NCBI GenBank assembly: GCA_040954595.2 | Contig: CM082576.2 | Span: 16,353,028 to 16,417,027, forward strand | DNA from: Balanoglossus misakiensis | Taxonomy: Eukaryota; Animalia; Hemichordata | Length of the DNA stretch: 64,000 bases | Direction: 5' to 3' | Part shown: positions 50,049 through 63,250 of the stretch, one piece after another | Numbering within the stretch: position 1 is the first letter of the stretch | Layout of the letters: each line of letters starts with the position of its first letter | Notes under the pieces: model-generated | Seen by the model: only the letters and a program-made list of their open reading frames with translations | The model's database searches: none | What the model was told of the DNA's origin: nothing | Made by a program: the position numbers and the translations under genes

Positions 50049-53030
50049 TTTGATGCAACCTCTTAAAGCCCAGAAATATATACTGTTTTCATTCAGAAGA
50101 CTAACGACAGACACCGCTGAATATTAAAATCACTGTCTATTGAAATGAGCTGTATATATGATACCAATGGGCCTAATCTTTACGATAGTTACGCATCATA
50201 CCCTTGCCTTGAGTAGGATGTTGTATGTGTAACGCTCTTTAGGAAAATAATAATCACAGTCGCGTGAGAGTTTGTTACACGTCGAACTGTTCCTATTCTT
50301 CTGAGTCATAGGGGCAATTCGCCGTGTAATAAAATGCTCTTTAAATACGACTTTATTTACCCGAAATACCAAAGTTTATGCAACAATCACTCCCACTTTT
50401 GATCCACGTGTGACCCCCTAGATAGGTTAGAATTATCCTGTGCTACAATCTCTGTACGGCAGCGCGTTTGACGTGAGCACGGCCAGGGGGAACGAACGCG
50501 CTACTTGACAACATGTCATTCCATTCGTGCGACGCGCACGCAGCCGTGCGCACGATGCATGCAATGTGATGTTTGGCCGAAGCACAGCGACTGCGGCCGA
50601 AGCTTGTGTATCGCTGTTTGTATAAAGTTTACTGGCATACAGTACCTCTTCTACGACTTTTTTTGTAAAATTAGAATTCATTGGTTATTTTGCATAATTT
50701 TTAACCAATGGCGTACATGGCCAAGACGATTACGGCCTGTATTAAATCGCTAACTTTTCCCGAGTTGCTTAGCATCGCACTGTATGCATCACACGACAAA
50801 TATTACAGAAAACAAAAGTCTCTCACGACTCTTACCCGAGGGAGGCGCTCTTCATATTTTATGTCCAGTAGTTCCAGTGAACACTGCCAAAACAAGTGCG
50901 TGAAGAGCGGGTTCTCAACCAGCCACTTTACAACAAAGAAAATGAAACGAAAGCAGAGAGTGTAGAGCCGCTGCTTGTGCTTTGTGATCGTGAGGAGTCG
51001 TCTATGGCAACAGTGACACAAATAGAACATCAGAACACTTCCTGTTTTCTTGCGACAAAAGCATGATGGGAATTTCATCGCGAGAACTTTCGCGCGTCCG
51101 TGAGCGGGTAACTTAGCAACAAGTATGGCGAACATTCCTTTCTTACGGCGTGGTGGCGACAGCCTTTAGGCGCGGCTTTCCGCGGACCCGAATTTTCCTT
51201 TCATTTGGCGAAGGAGGAATCTTTGCCTGTACAGATTATTCTAAACCTTTAAATCTTGTGAACAAGGGGTAAAACATTCCAATGATAAAATGTACTTATT
51301 TTTAGTTGGAGTTTTTGACCTAAAATTTGCGTATAAAGTTTCCTTTTAGACTTGCTCTCGTCGTAGCCTCGTAGCATTGTCTGTGCGACAGTGCTGTAAA
51401 AAAACAACAGTTAGACATGAATCTTACCGAGAGGCGGCGCTTTTCGGATGGCAATGTTAAGTACTTGAAGTGTGGTAGAACTACCAAATGATGAAAACAG
51501 GATTTCAGCGAAAGTTTCTCGTCTTTTGTTACACTGAAGCGCGAAGGGTGGCGTCCATCCGGCGGCTGGCTGGTAGTGTTGCGGAGAGTCACGGTTGCCG
51601 ACAGCAACAGAACAATCGAAACGCACAAGAACGTTTGTGACCCAAAGCATGATGGGTATTTTGCGGTACGGTCCGCGAAAGAACCAATCGTTCGCTCTTC
51701 AGTCACTAGTAGAGACTTGAAGCCTAAAGAGAGCCGAAGAAATGTAGGGTTTTTTAATTGTTGACCTAGACAGCATAGACAAGTGACGTTAGTGAGAATG
51801 GGCTTGCACATGCACGTGACACCAAACTGTAATGACAGCATGAACAGCGCCACCGACGGTGAGAAATGTACAGAAATGTTGTGCGTGTGTACATTGTATC
51901 TACTATGTATTGGTTGTGTATCACTCGTGTATAAAATTGAACAGTAAATGATTTCACATTTTTTCAAACGTTTACAAATATTTATAATTTTCTGAAAAAT
52001 AGTACAAAATTGCCATGTACTGTTTATTAGTATTATGGTGTGTGTCACGACGTCACTTCCGGTTTAACCCGCTCTTAGTCAGCAAAACATGGTCGACCTA
52101 GCAGTGTCACGCGTGTAGCTTTCTGTGCGCAATCGACTTATGTTCTCGTAGGTTTTGTAAAGGAAACTCCGTTCGAACGAAAAACCAATCGATTTTTTTT
52201 AAAGTTTATGTATGTTAGCATCGTTCTGTGAGGAAAGTACTATCGATTTTGTTCCGAGTTGCGACTTTTTGGTGTTCTTTCATTCCGTATGTCAGTTGGC
52301 ATCATGGCGTACTGTTGCCAACGATCGTACTCGGGCGACGTAGTTTGAAGTTAGCAGGCACACTAAATAGCGAGCGCACAGCTTTGTTATGTGTATATTT
52401 TGAAAGACTAATATGGCGATGACTCAACACACATGTATAGTGTGGTATTGGCAGTAAAGTGTATTGGACGAATTTATATGAAGAAGTGTGTAAAAGAAAG
52501 ATGTGCACATTCAGAGCTAGGGGGCGCTATTTACCGAGACCATGCCCATCTCCTCACAGCAAATGCAGCAATGAGTTGTCAAAATTAATAAAATGCAAAC
52601 ATGATTCCCTTAAATAGATAGGGCAATTTTCTAAACAACTCGAACTGTGTGTTAAGCTTTAATAATTGTTTGGTCGTATTTAGTGTTTGACGTTGAAAAT
52701 CACACTTTATTTATTGTCACAAGATGGTGGGAATTACCCTAGCCAACTGTGACATGAGTTTAGAATTGCCAAAAATAGGAGTTTGAGAACCAGAGTATTG
52801 TACAGAAAAGAACTCACTCACTCACTCACACACAATGAATTATGCTTTAACTAGTCTGTAATTTACACCTAAAACACCGAAATACAGTATGCAGATTAAA
52901 ACGTTTCTCTAACTACTGTATAATAACGCGGGTGATGAAAGGTTTGCACACACAGTTTCACGACATAAACAGTGTTCACAGTCCCCAAATTACTGTTAAT
53001 CGGGTTTCTCGTCCGTCGACTTATACCAAT

Positions 53031-56000
53031 TTACGTTCGGCTTACTCCATTACTTCTCAGGCCTATACATGTAGGTGTCTTCGGTTTCGAGGTGCGGTCG
53101 AGTCGCTTGTGAAGCGATAGCGACAGGACGGCAAACCACGCTACTGACAATAGCAAGAGTCCGGCGAATGCACCGAATAGTTTAGCCCTGTAGTCTGGCA
53201 GATCGTAGAGCAGACAGTTCCCTTGTTCATCGCACGCCGTCCGTCCCCATAACATACACGCCGAGTCGATGAGGGCCCCGGTGTATATTGGCGCCGGTAT
53301 AGTGGCTGGAAGGTAAGAGCATTGTTGTATATCTTAGGCTAGGTTTACAATCATGTCTTCATTATAACCCTGCCAAGTTAGGCGACATACATTAATATTT
53401 AGTACTAAGCTGGGCAAATCTGTGCAGTGCTAGCTGTAGGAATGCGCATTATTCGGCATATATTTGTTGTTTACATAGACACATGCCATCTTGTTATGAA
53501 AGGTTGATTAGTTACAAACAACTTTGCTGAATTCAGAGTAAATAATATAGTTTAGACCAAAACATCAGAATAGGCAGTCGATGGCAATACGTACCTAGTA
53601 ACTGTGTTGTAATGACGCGTATACAAAGTGCATACGCTTTATCCTTCGGCAACACACATCTGTAAATATAACATGTTGATGTATTTCGCGTGGTATTTAG
53701 ATACTGAGATAATGTTTTGAATATTGCTTATAACGTGTATTTTTGAAAATATTTTTAATAAGGTGTGTCAATGTGTCAAACCAAAAACCTCAACAATGGA
53801 AATGGAACGTTTTTGCATGCCTTACACAATACTTGATGATTGTCAAGGGCTTACCTCATTGTCAAGGCAACTTCTACATTAGCAATTGCTGATAGAAAGA
53901 ATCCAAAGACAGCGACCAACACACCAAACACCACTAATTGATTGGTGCACGTCTGTCCACACATTCCTTTATGTGCATAGTCCACGGCAGTGTCATTTAT
54001 TGTTGCAATACATCCACAATCTGTGAAGTTCTGTGTGAAAATCGTGTATAAAACGAGGACATTTTGAATGGAATTCATCTAATACGCATTATATTATAAG
54101 AAATAAGCGGTGACCCAAATATTATAGTAAACCATGTCTTTACACGTACGGCAAGAATTTCACTTGTGAAATACAGACAACTTCAGCGTTCACTGGTGAA
54201 ACTACATGTATAAACTCCATCGGCGCCATCTCATGAATATTTACTCTGGGTAACAACGAAATTTGTCAACCCGCCACCCAGAACATTCTACCATCAATAA
54301 AATAAATGAACTCGTGTCCTCATAAAGACACAAAAGCAAGGCGCACTGTTATGCAACAATTTATAATTTATGTACACTCCCCTACAGAACCCATTTCCCT
54401 CTCTGTGAACATGAATATATAAGGACTAATGTATTATAAAGTAGATTACTTGACCATCTTGGCGAGTCTTGCACCCAGCATGGCAAGCTGAATAGTATGT
54501 GATGTCGTTAGAGCCGCAAATTGGCGCATAGGCGTCCGAGCAGCTACATTCAGAATTGCAAGCAGACTTCACATCCCCGAATCTTCGTACTTGCGGTATC
54601 TTAACTGTGCTGCTATAGAAAAAGAAATATTTTGCTGTAGATTAAATTCGAGACACAATTTACGTTATACTTTATAGAGTATCAGTCAGACTTCTTAGCT
54701 AGGTTAAATTTATCAAGGCTAGTCTCTGCATATAAAATGATGTAATGGACGTTATATGTCGCTGGTATAAATGTCGAGTGATGAATTATTTTTGGGCATC
54801 CAAGTGTCGCTAAGTAACTGGGGGTGGGCAGTGTTCTAGAACTGATAATATGAGGGTTTTTTTTCAGTGACTACATTTCAGATACTTGCCTTTCCGGGTA
54901 TGGTTCAGAGACACCGGCGAATTTCTCCATCCCACAACCAACACTCATCCCAATGAATGGGAGACTTGCATTTGCTGCCGCAGCGATCACTGCAAATATT
55001 CCCAATTTTATGAGCGTCGGCTTCCATCTACATGTACGCAAGAACGCGCCACTGACGATGGAAGCAAATATTGCGGCAGGAACGACTGTGGCAGCTATAT
55101 ACATGTATGTAAGCAAAAGAGGTTACATTTGGATGATGTGGAGCAGGTATCAATAATCAGAAAGCCAACTGTGTTATAGTAGGCCTATTACCGTTAAACA
55201 TCACTGTTTCGCTCAATGTTACATGCTGATGCAAAATAGTTCTTTACATACAGGTATGGCATTGAGCTAAGATTGTCTTCACGGAATAATCGCATAAAGT
55301 CTATATCTCATCAAACAACAAGGCACCGCTGGGGGTAATGGCGTTGATATGTTATATTTTATGAATGACAATATTTTGGTCAGTACGCCACTGCGCGACT
55401 ATTAAGTCCCGACGGTATGGTATACTTACCAAAGATTTTACCAGATATCGAAGGTGTAGTTCTGAAATGCTCTTCCATGTATTTTGGAAAGAAACGCGTC
55501 GAATGAACGACAGCCATGTAAGCGATTCTGGCAAAAACCAAGCTGACGAAGGGAACATTGGTGAACAAACGCAGGATTGCCCGTTGCCAATCTATCAAAT
55601 ACATAATATATATTTAGCTGTAATTGTGCTATACTTTTGCATCTTGCAAGTTACAAGGACACGATCACCAAGCGCATATGGTTTAACTATAGTCTCTGGT
55701 GATGTTTTTTGCAGACAATCTTACAAACCATTGTCAGCTATAAATAACCAAAGATGTAAACATTACACTGCCCCATATTTTGTTTTATCATGCCATAATC
55801 TGATCCCGTACAGCAACACAGCAAAGAAGGGCAACGTATTGTTGTGATCATATTCATTTTGTGACATTTTACAATTCCAAAAGTGTAATGGTCAGGTTAT
55901 CAGTTTACCTTGATGTGTCTGTGTGGAGCGATTGGGTGAGCGATAGAAGATATGTGAACCTATAGAATTAGGAAACCCGGTAAAAACGTCTACTAATATT

Positions 56001-58262
56001 AACTATTGTGCATATATCTCCACATGAGCAAGTGTGTAAGGTTGAAACTAATAAGGAATTCTTCTTACATTGAAAAGATTTTCACATTATAACAATTGCA
56101 TTGTGAGTAAGACTCGGATATCGACTAACTTGAAGTAACAGTTCTATGTTTATAGTTAGCATGCATAAATATTGTTTAATTTTTTCCCGCCTTTTGTTAT
56201 TTTTCTGTATTTATCTGTTGAAGCGGCTGACATGCGCTGTCTTGAAATTCTGTCGACCACATGAAAAATTTTCATCACTCCCCGTGGTGGCAAGAGCTAT
56301 TTATTGCAAGGTGGGAACTCCAACAAATTTTACCTTTAAAACGTCCCACTTTACTGATGGTATCGCCGCCTTCATCGTGTGGTTCTCTTGTAATCTGGTC
56401 TTGACATTTGGATTGTTTCGGAATCACCGATGGCATGATGAGAATAAAGATTGATAACACCACAGATAGAACACCACTGAGCAAATACCCAAGCCACCAA
56501 GCGCCAACCCAGCGTGGATCTTTTTGGTCGAAATCGAGTGTAGCTATGTCAACTCGATAAAAATCAACGAACAGGCTTATAGAATATGCATTTACTAACA
56601 CACCCACTATTTGACCAACCGAGAAAAAGGAATGGATCACGCCTAGAAGAAGAAAAAGGAGAAGGAGAAGAAACAAATGAATGTTGTGTGTCAGTTTAAG
56701 GTGTCCATATTTTATGAAGGAATACATTATGTAAATGTCAGCTTATTCACGCCAACACAACATCAAGGAAGGACTGGTAATAATATTGAAGGGTGTACGG
56801 TCGATTACATGGAAATTATTGTCATTTCTATCAATTTTTGATTTTAGGATTCCAAGTATACGTATAATAAAATATGTTCTTAAATATGGTCACCGTTTTT
56901 GAAATGCAAGGCTGTGAATTTAGTTGATAATGAAAATAAAATCACATTCAACAAACTTTTATCTCAAAACTGAATGCGGTGACCATCGATTCTGTTCGAA
57001 TTTTAAATTTAATTTTATTTGACAAAGCTGTGTTAAGTACTTCATGAAAGTATTAACAATACTATGGTTACATGACATGCATTTGCGTGCACCTTCAAGA
57101 AAATCAAGTTTCACTCCAGTTTGTTAAAGATGCTGAATGCCTGAAATCTAAGCTTAAAAGCTTACACTTAAAGCGGGTAGCTCGTCCCACGCGCATGCGC
57201 GTAACTTCCCAGCAAATTGTCCGTTCGATGCATTCAAATAGTGGACTGCCTTCGCTTCCTTCCATATTTCATGCGCACCGTATAAGTAGATTCTGGTTTT
57301 GTCCCTCCTTTTCACCCAAGCTAGTGTCTTTCCCGATCTCCGACACAGATTATGGTCGCCGCCATCTTCTCTGTTGTTAGGACAGAGCACTGCCTTATGG
57401 GATTGACTGTTCACTAAACGTCTGTAACCAGCGGCTACAGTTGGAACATGCGTGTGAGACGAGCTACGCGCTTTAAATCCTCAGGATGCGATCGCTCACG
57501 AATTGCAGTAATTTAGTCACGGCGTAATGAAAACATATGCCCAATCTAATATATTCATAGCCACTTGCCTATGTACATAGGTGACTTTGTCTTTGATACG
57601 CTGTCGTCCATATATGCTAATCCCAAGGAATACATTGGGGTGCTTCCAAACCCATTTAGAATATTTCCAATGACAATCAGGATAGTTGGTTCAGACCCGT
57701 GCTTGATGAGAGATGTCACAGCGCTTCTGCCGCGGCAGTTGGTTACATTTTCTGCGACAACATCATCACACAGTTCAACCACATTGGTGAGGTTGTCATT
57801 GGCTCCCAGGCGAATGTTCCAGTGGTCATATTTGTCAGACACAAACTGAGTCATTGCAATCATGAACTGTCCAACGGCAAAGACGAAGAGGCCACCGCCA
57901 ATCCAGCGTGGCTTGTTACTGCCCGGCCGACCTCCGAAGTAGGTGCACGCGATTAAGGATATGACGTCAGCTACCTCTTTAAGGGACATGAAAACTCCGA
58001 TCGTGGTGCTGGACAAATCATAACGTTTTTGCAGCGTTGAAATGCAAACACTATCCATGATTGTAGCCATGGAAGTGATGGCCCAGCCCAGTGCCACCAC
58101 TACCAAAACCGTCTTTGCACTTGCCAAACGCTGAAGCCATACTGGTCGAAATGTACCTACCCCACATGTTAACCTCTTGTTATCGTTTTGTGCCGGCGGG
58201 AAAACTTCGCTTTCCTCGGATAATAACGTTGGTGGCCTCTCCACTGCACCTTTTTCAACCAT
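53031..58262 (-). CDS. Solute carrier organic anion transporter (SLCO/OATP family)
   Basis: Approximate exons: 57567-58262 (ISTLQKRYDLSS, YFGG...KPRWIG, LGLAYMDD...SPMYIG), 56279-56642 (DPRWVGAWWLG), 55430-55584 (FFPKYMEEHF), 54888-55145, 54455-54615 (Kazal-like CNSECSC...PICGS...YYSACHAGC), 53855-54032, 53595-53659 (CVLPKDKAYAL), 53031-53305 (IPAPIYTGALIDSAC...GNCLLYD). Confidence 0.92.
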
Positions 58263-61221
58263 CTGCTGTTTAGGACAAAAAAAAGAATTGTTTCTGGTCA
58301 ACGCGCCAATCACTTGATAACCCTCGCGTCCAACATTTCTTCTTTTTTCTGTTTGTGTCTGGCCAGGCAGAACATAACCATGTCAAAAATACAGAGGAAG
58401 ACACGCAACCAGTAACTGTTTCACGAGAATTTGCATTGACAGAAGAGAAGAAATTCTAGTCATCGCCCAAATTGTGGTTTAAACACAACACAAGACAAGA
58501 CACATGTGTTGTCTTTTCTTTGCCTTAGTTTGTGATTGTCTACCGTGATGAGAACAGGGAATTTATGTCATCCTGCATTGACCACCTCGACAACATTTCA
58601 TCGATTATGTACAAGCCCGAAATACTGCTTCTTTAAAGTAATGCAATCTCTTGTAAAGACACAAATTGCAAAAATTACAACAACTTTAAGTGATTAGGTT
58701 ATTTGCTAAAATAAGGTCCATGACAAAGGTAAACTAACTTCTAAATTTCCCCTACTTATCCATTGATATTCGTTTAGCCTTGGCATAGAGTCACTGGGTG
58801 GGTGCATTTCTAAAATCCTGAAGACATCGTGGTAGAGCTCGTGACTAATACAGACTGTTGATTGACCCAGCTTATTATCACTAATCATAATGAGACAGGG
58901 CTCCTCCGAAAGTAATTGGGAAGATCATTTATAAGATAGTACTCCTGGCTCAGACAAGCACATAATATTGTGTCTTTGAAGAGTGTTTGTGGGTATGAAG
59001 TAGACTTGCTCCAAGTCTATGGGCTTCATTATGTGTAGGGAACGCGTCGACGCTACCCGAAACCACAATCTCAGTCCCAAATTCGAAACTCACCTCACTA
59101 CCAAAAACACGATCAAGGCAAGCATGCACGCAAAAAGTATTGCAATTATTTACTAAGACAAAAAACCACCGAAAACACAAAAAGTATTGAGATTTAAAAA
59201 TCGCCAAGCGACTAGTGGGCTAGTCTAGGTATGAAGTTAAATGAAGCAATTCAAATCACGCATAATTCTAAGGAAAGTGCGTGCACGTTCATCACCACCT
59301 CCAAAAGTTAGATACACCACTAAACACATTATTACTACAGACAGCATACTTGTTGTGACAAAACAGGCACGAATTTGACAATAAACATGTCCTCACCTGT
59401 GACATCGTTTCGACTCCCCAAATACTGAAGGTATTGTTTCTTGATAAATGCCTTGCTGTTTTTGAAGCAGTCAACCAATGACCATGAGGTTTATGAATGG
59501 GAAAGGTACAGTAAGCTGTACGCTATTTCAATGAAATTAAATTGTGTGTCACCTATAAAGCAGAAGTTTTCCAATTAAAAAAATTAGGAAGGTGCTGGTA
59601 CACACATTTTTATCGGGTTCGATCTATTCCGAATAGTTATTTTTTAACTTGAAGGGTTTACAGACAAAAAATACAGTTTAATATAGAAAGGAAAGAAAGC
59701 GGTATTAAAATGAAATTTAACTACTTCGAAAATCTTATCTATTTTTGCAAATTGTTTTTCTAACGTTTGTGCTTCTCCATTTAGCTTAATATCTCTATTG
59801 ATTGTAATAGAGTATATGTTAATTGCCCGTGCGTTTGATTGGCCGGAAATACAGGGATATTGCTCAGGTCAATTAACCTTGCTACTTTAATTACAGTTTA
59901 TAAATAGGGAATGCGGGTAGTAAGAAACTATACCATTTCCGTTTATATACGTACAAAATTAAGAGTAAATGTACCCACAGCATGCTCGAGTTTTGTATTG
60001 ATCTGATAACCATGCCTCCTTATATGATGGATATATCTTGGTTTCAATAATTCACCTTGCCAACTTTCTTTAGAATTACTAGTATGAGTATAGTGGACAG
60101 TTGACCATACCCGATATTGAGTATTCTCTATTAGCCTCCAAGTCCACGGAATGAGTGACGACATCAGCCAAAATATCTACTGTTTTAGGTTGTTTTCTCT
60201 GAAAGTGTTTAGACCACTGGCATGTCCATGCATGCATGCATAAGTACTAGACTCTCTCACAGCCATCGGACTTCCAAAGTATTTCATTCGAGAGACGAAA
60301 TATTAATGAAGAGGGTGCAATTATAAGACGCACTGTGATAGTTTGTAAATTTTTTTGTGGCACTGGCGCAAGTGTACGCACTGAAAATGTAACGCTATCC
60401 CATACGAAACCGTTAATATTAAACCTGTAGCAACGAATACTTGACCCTGCAGCCCTGAGCTGTGTGGCGCTGGTAGTCAGAAGGTTGTCGTTGGGGGCGG
60501 TGCGCGCGCATGCGGTGTATGGTTATTAATGGCTGATGATTGCCAAGGTGTACGGATAGGAGTTTGGACAACAATACGCGATGAGAGTTCTGCCTGGACA
60601 GATTCGTGAACTTTCGCGAGTGGTTTGAAAGAGGCGCCAAGCCCTCAGAATGGAAATACTATCAAGTATTGGCCAGCAGTCCGGGTGCAAGTTTTATCAT
60701 AGACGGTAGGAATTTCTATCGCGCAGGCGGTGTCGATGATGACGTCATGTGACATGGCCGCCCAAGTTTCTATCAAATTTGTGTACGCGTTTGAATCCAA
60801 GATTTGTGCTGGAGGAATCTCTGGAATTGGCCCGGGGTGCACAGTGTGCATGGAATGTCTTGGTCGTCTTGATGTTTCAGTGAGTATTATTAAGCTTATT
60901 AGAAGTTTTGCCATGAATTTGTAAATCATTTCAAACACAGGCTATTATGGTAAGTTGTGACGCAGTTAGTTTGAAGTAACCAGTTGGGTAACCGGACTAC
61001 TAAAAAAGACGAATTCTACGCAAGGGGTGATTTTTCCTTAGAATTTCTCAACTTTGAATCAATATTCTCTTTATTGCTGGATGTTCCATCAACCTGTGTA
61101 TGTTCCAAAAGTTGACCCATTTAATGATTTATATGTTGGGGATTTCTTGTCAAAATTTGGATCGCATTCATATCATATGGCCGTTGTTCTGTTGCATCAC
61201 AGGGGACTCTCCCTCCGCGAT

Positions 61222-61292
61222 TTTGTTTGTTTGTTTGTTTGTTTGTTTGTTTGTTGTTGTTATTATTATTATTACTGTTGTTGTTGTTGTTG
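61222..61292. repeat. Compound microsatellite (TTTG)n(TTA)n(TTG)n
   Basis: Read directly from the sequence. Confidence 0.9.
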
Positions 61293-61354
61293 ATTTTTGA
61301 CATAATAAACAAATACATATTTCTTTATTAATAAATATGGTTTGTTGACATGTA

Positions 61355-61455
61355 AAGGTTAGGGTATATTCGACAGGGGCCGTGGATCGAAAAAAATGCC
61401 AACACAAACCCTAACCGTTGATAATACCCTAACCTGTCGAATATACCCTAACCTT
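61355..61455. repeat. 101-bp element with perfect 23-bp inverted ends and CCCTAACC motifs (MITE-like)
   Basis: aaggttagggtatattcgacagg ... cctgtcgaatataccctaacctt. Confidence 0.6.
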
Positions 61456-62224
61456 GTCATGTACACCTTACCAGGAGAGTAATATGATCCCCCAGGGGGA
61501 TTATAACATGAAACAAACATGTTCAGTGTTCTGCTGTGGCACAATGTTGCAGCCCATAGTAATACGATAGATCAACAGATATAGACTACAGATTGTGAAT
61601 GCCTGCAGTTAAACTAAATTTCTAATTCTGACAAAGATTTACTGTACTTGGAAATATGGAAATTGTTCTTGAAGTGAGTGACTGAAATCATAGTTATCAA
61701 GTGATGCGCTGGACATGAAGAAATCAAATAAAAAATTGCTGACAGGTAATATCATTTATGTAAATGCATAATGGCTCCAGATAAAGACGTAAAATCAGTA
61801 CTTATTCTTTTTGCCAACATTGCATATATTTAATGCAGTTAAACAATCAGCTATTCATTGTTTGCAACACTTGAAGTCTACTTGCTACAGTAACAGTGCT
61901 AACTATGGACAATTAATATGAACAAGGTGTACATTTCTCAAAAAAGTGAAATGTTTCAAACTGATGGAACTTTAGTGAGATTTTAAGTCACCTTCTGGAC
62001 CGTACCGTCTGATTCTGTTTCAAGTCCAAGAATATTTGTTGCTTTAGATATCTCACTGGTATAAATTGCCTTGTGCTCAGATTTGAAAAGGCAAAATGAT
62101 TAATTTAGAATCTGAATGTGGTCAGCTCGATCAACTGATGTATTCAGTGTTTTTGCTAAGGTTGGGGAACATTGGTAATGGATTGGGGAACCCCGGTAAC
62201 ATTTCTACATTTTAGCAATTTTTA

Positions 62225-62556
62225 TTTAGGTCCCATTTGGTATGTTTAACCCTAATGCTACTGGGTGTCATATCTGTTTAGAATGTCCTTAAAATGTGTA
62301 TTTGCCACTTTTTCTTCTAAAACGTATTTTGACTGTCTTGACATGGCTCTCATATGTACTCAGACACACTTGGCAGTCTGAGCCCCCTGTAAAATGTACC
62401 AAATCATACTGGTTTCCCGTTTGCACTGTATTGGTCTGAGGGTCTTGTATAGGCCCTACTGATTAGCATGCACTTGGCAGTCTAACAGGCCCGGGAGCCA
62501 TTTTTCTATGCACCTTGGAAATCAAACCAGTTTCAACTGACTTGGCAGCGTTAGGA

Positions 62557-62588
<32 letters not shown>

Positions 62589-63250
62589 CCTTATGGAATC
62601 AGTTGCATCGGTCTGTCTGTTTGTATGTATGCCTGGCGGTCCAATCTGAAATTGATCAAAACTCAGAAACTCAACAACCACTGGTCATATTGATTTGAAA
62701 ATTGGTATGCATATATACCTTATGTTAATCTCACACAGTTCTGTATTTTTAGGTCCCATTGGTATGTACCATTGGACCTTATGGGATCGGTTGCGTCTGT
62801 ATGTATATGTATGTATGTTTGTATGTCCGTCCACATCAAAAACTTGAAAACCGCAGTGCGTATGACCTCGATATTTGGTGTGTAGATGCAGGCAGGGCTG
62901 TAGATGGGAGTTTGTTCAAATGAAGGTGTCATTGCCAAAAATATGCAAATTAGCTGGGAAAATGTGAAATTGGTCAAAACTCAAAAACTCGACAACCACT
63001 GGTCATATTGATTTGAAATTTGGTATGCATGTACCTTATGTCAACCTCATACAGTCCTGTATGTTTTGAGCTAATATTATCGATTTCCTATTTTTTATGC
63101 ATTTTTTTGTATTTTTCCATGTTATTGGTAAAAAGTCTTCATTTCTGAAAATGATGGGCTTACTTCTTTGAAATTTAGTATGAAGCTTCCTAATGGTTGT
63201 CTGAGTAACCATAGTTTTGTTCAAATTGTTGCAAAATTTGCATATTTATG
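62225..63250. repeat. Interspersed repeat-like region with internal duplications
   Basis: aaaactc...caaccactggtcatattgatttgaaa..tggtatgcat occurs at ~62660 and ~62977; tttaggtcccatt..ggtatgt at ~62225 and ~62748. Confidence 0.5.

Larger units (their letters stand above)
31500..51507. repeat. Higher-order tandem array: ~881-bp A units plus a ~2-kb block holding variant B and a promoter-like region, repeated three times
   Basis: Order on + strand: [A A A A B P][a A A(+Tx1) B P][a A A A A B P], where a is a truncated A. Units are near-identical. Confidence 0.95.

Noticed and set aside
31500-51507. CRISPR-like or guide-array interpretation
   Set aside because: Units are near-identical with no unique spacers. 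The variable arm itself shows conserved pairing, and no nuclease gene is present other than the retrotransposon.
51320-52048. 242-aa minus-strand ORF
   Set aside because: No recognisable domain. It lies in promoter-like DNA and its duplicated part is frameshifted in another copy.
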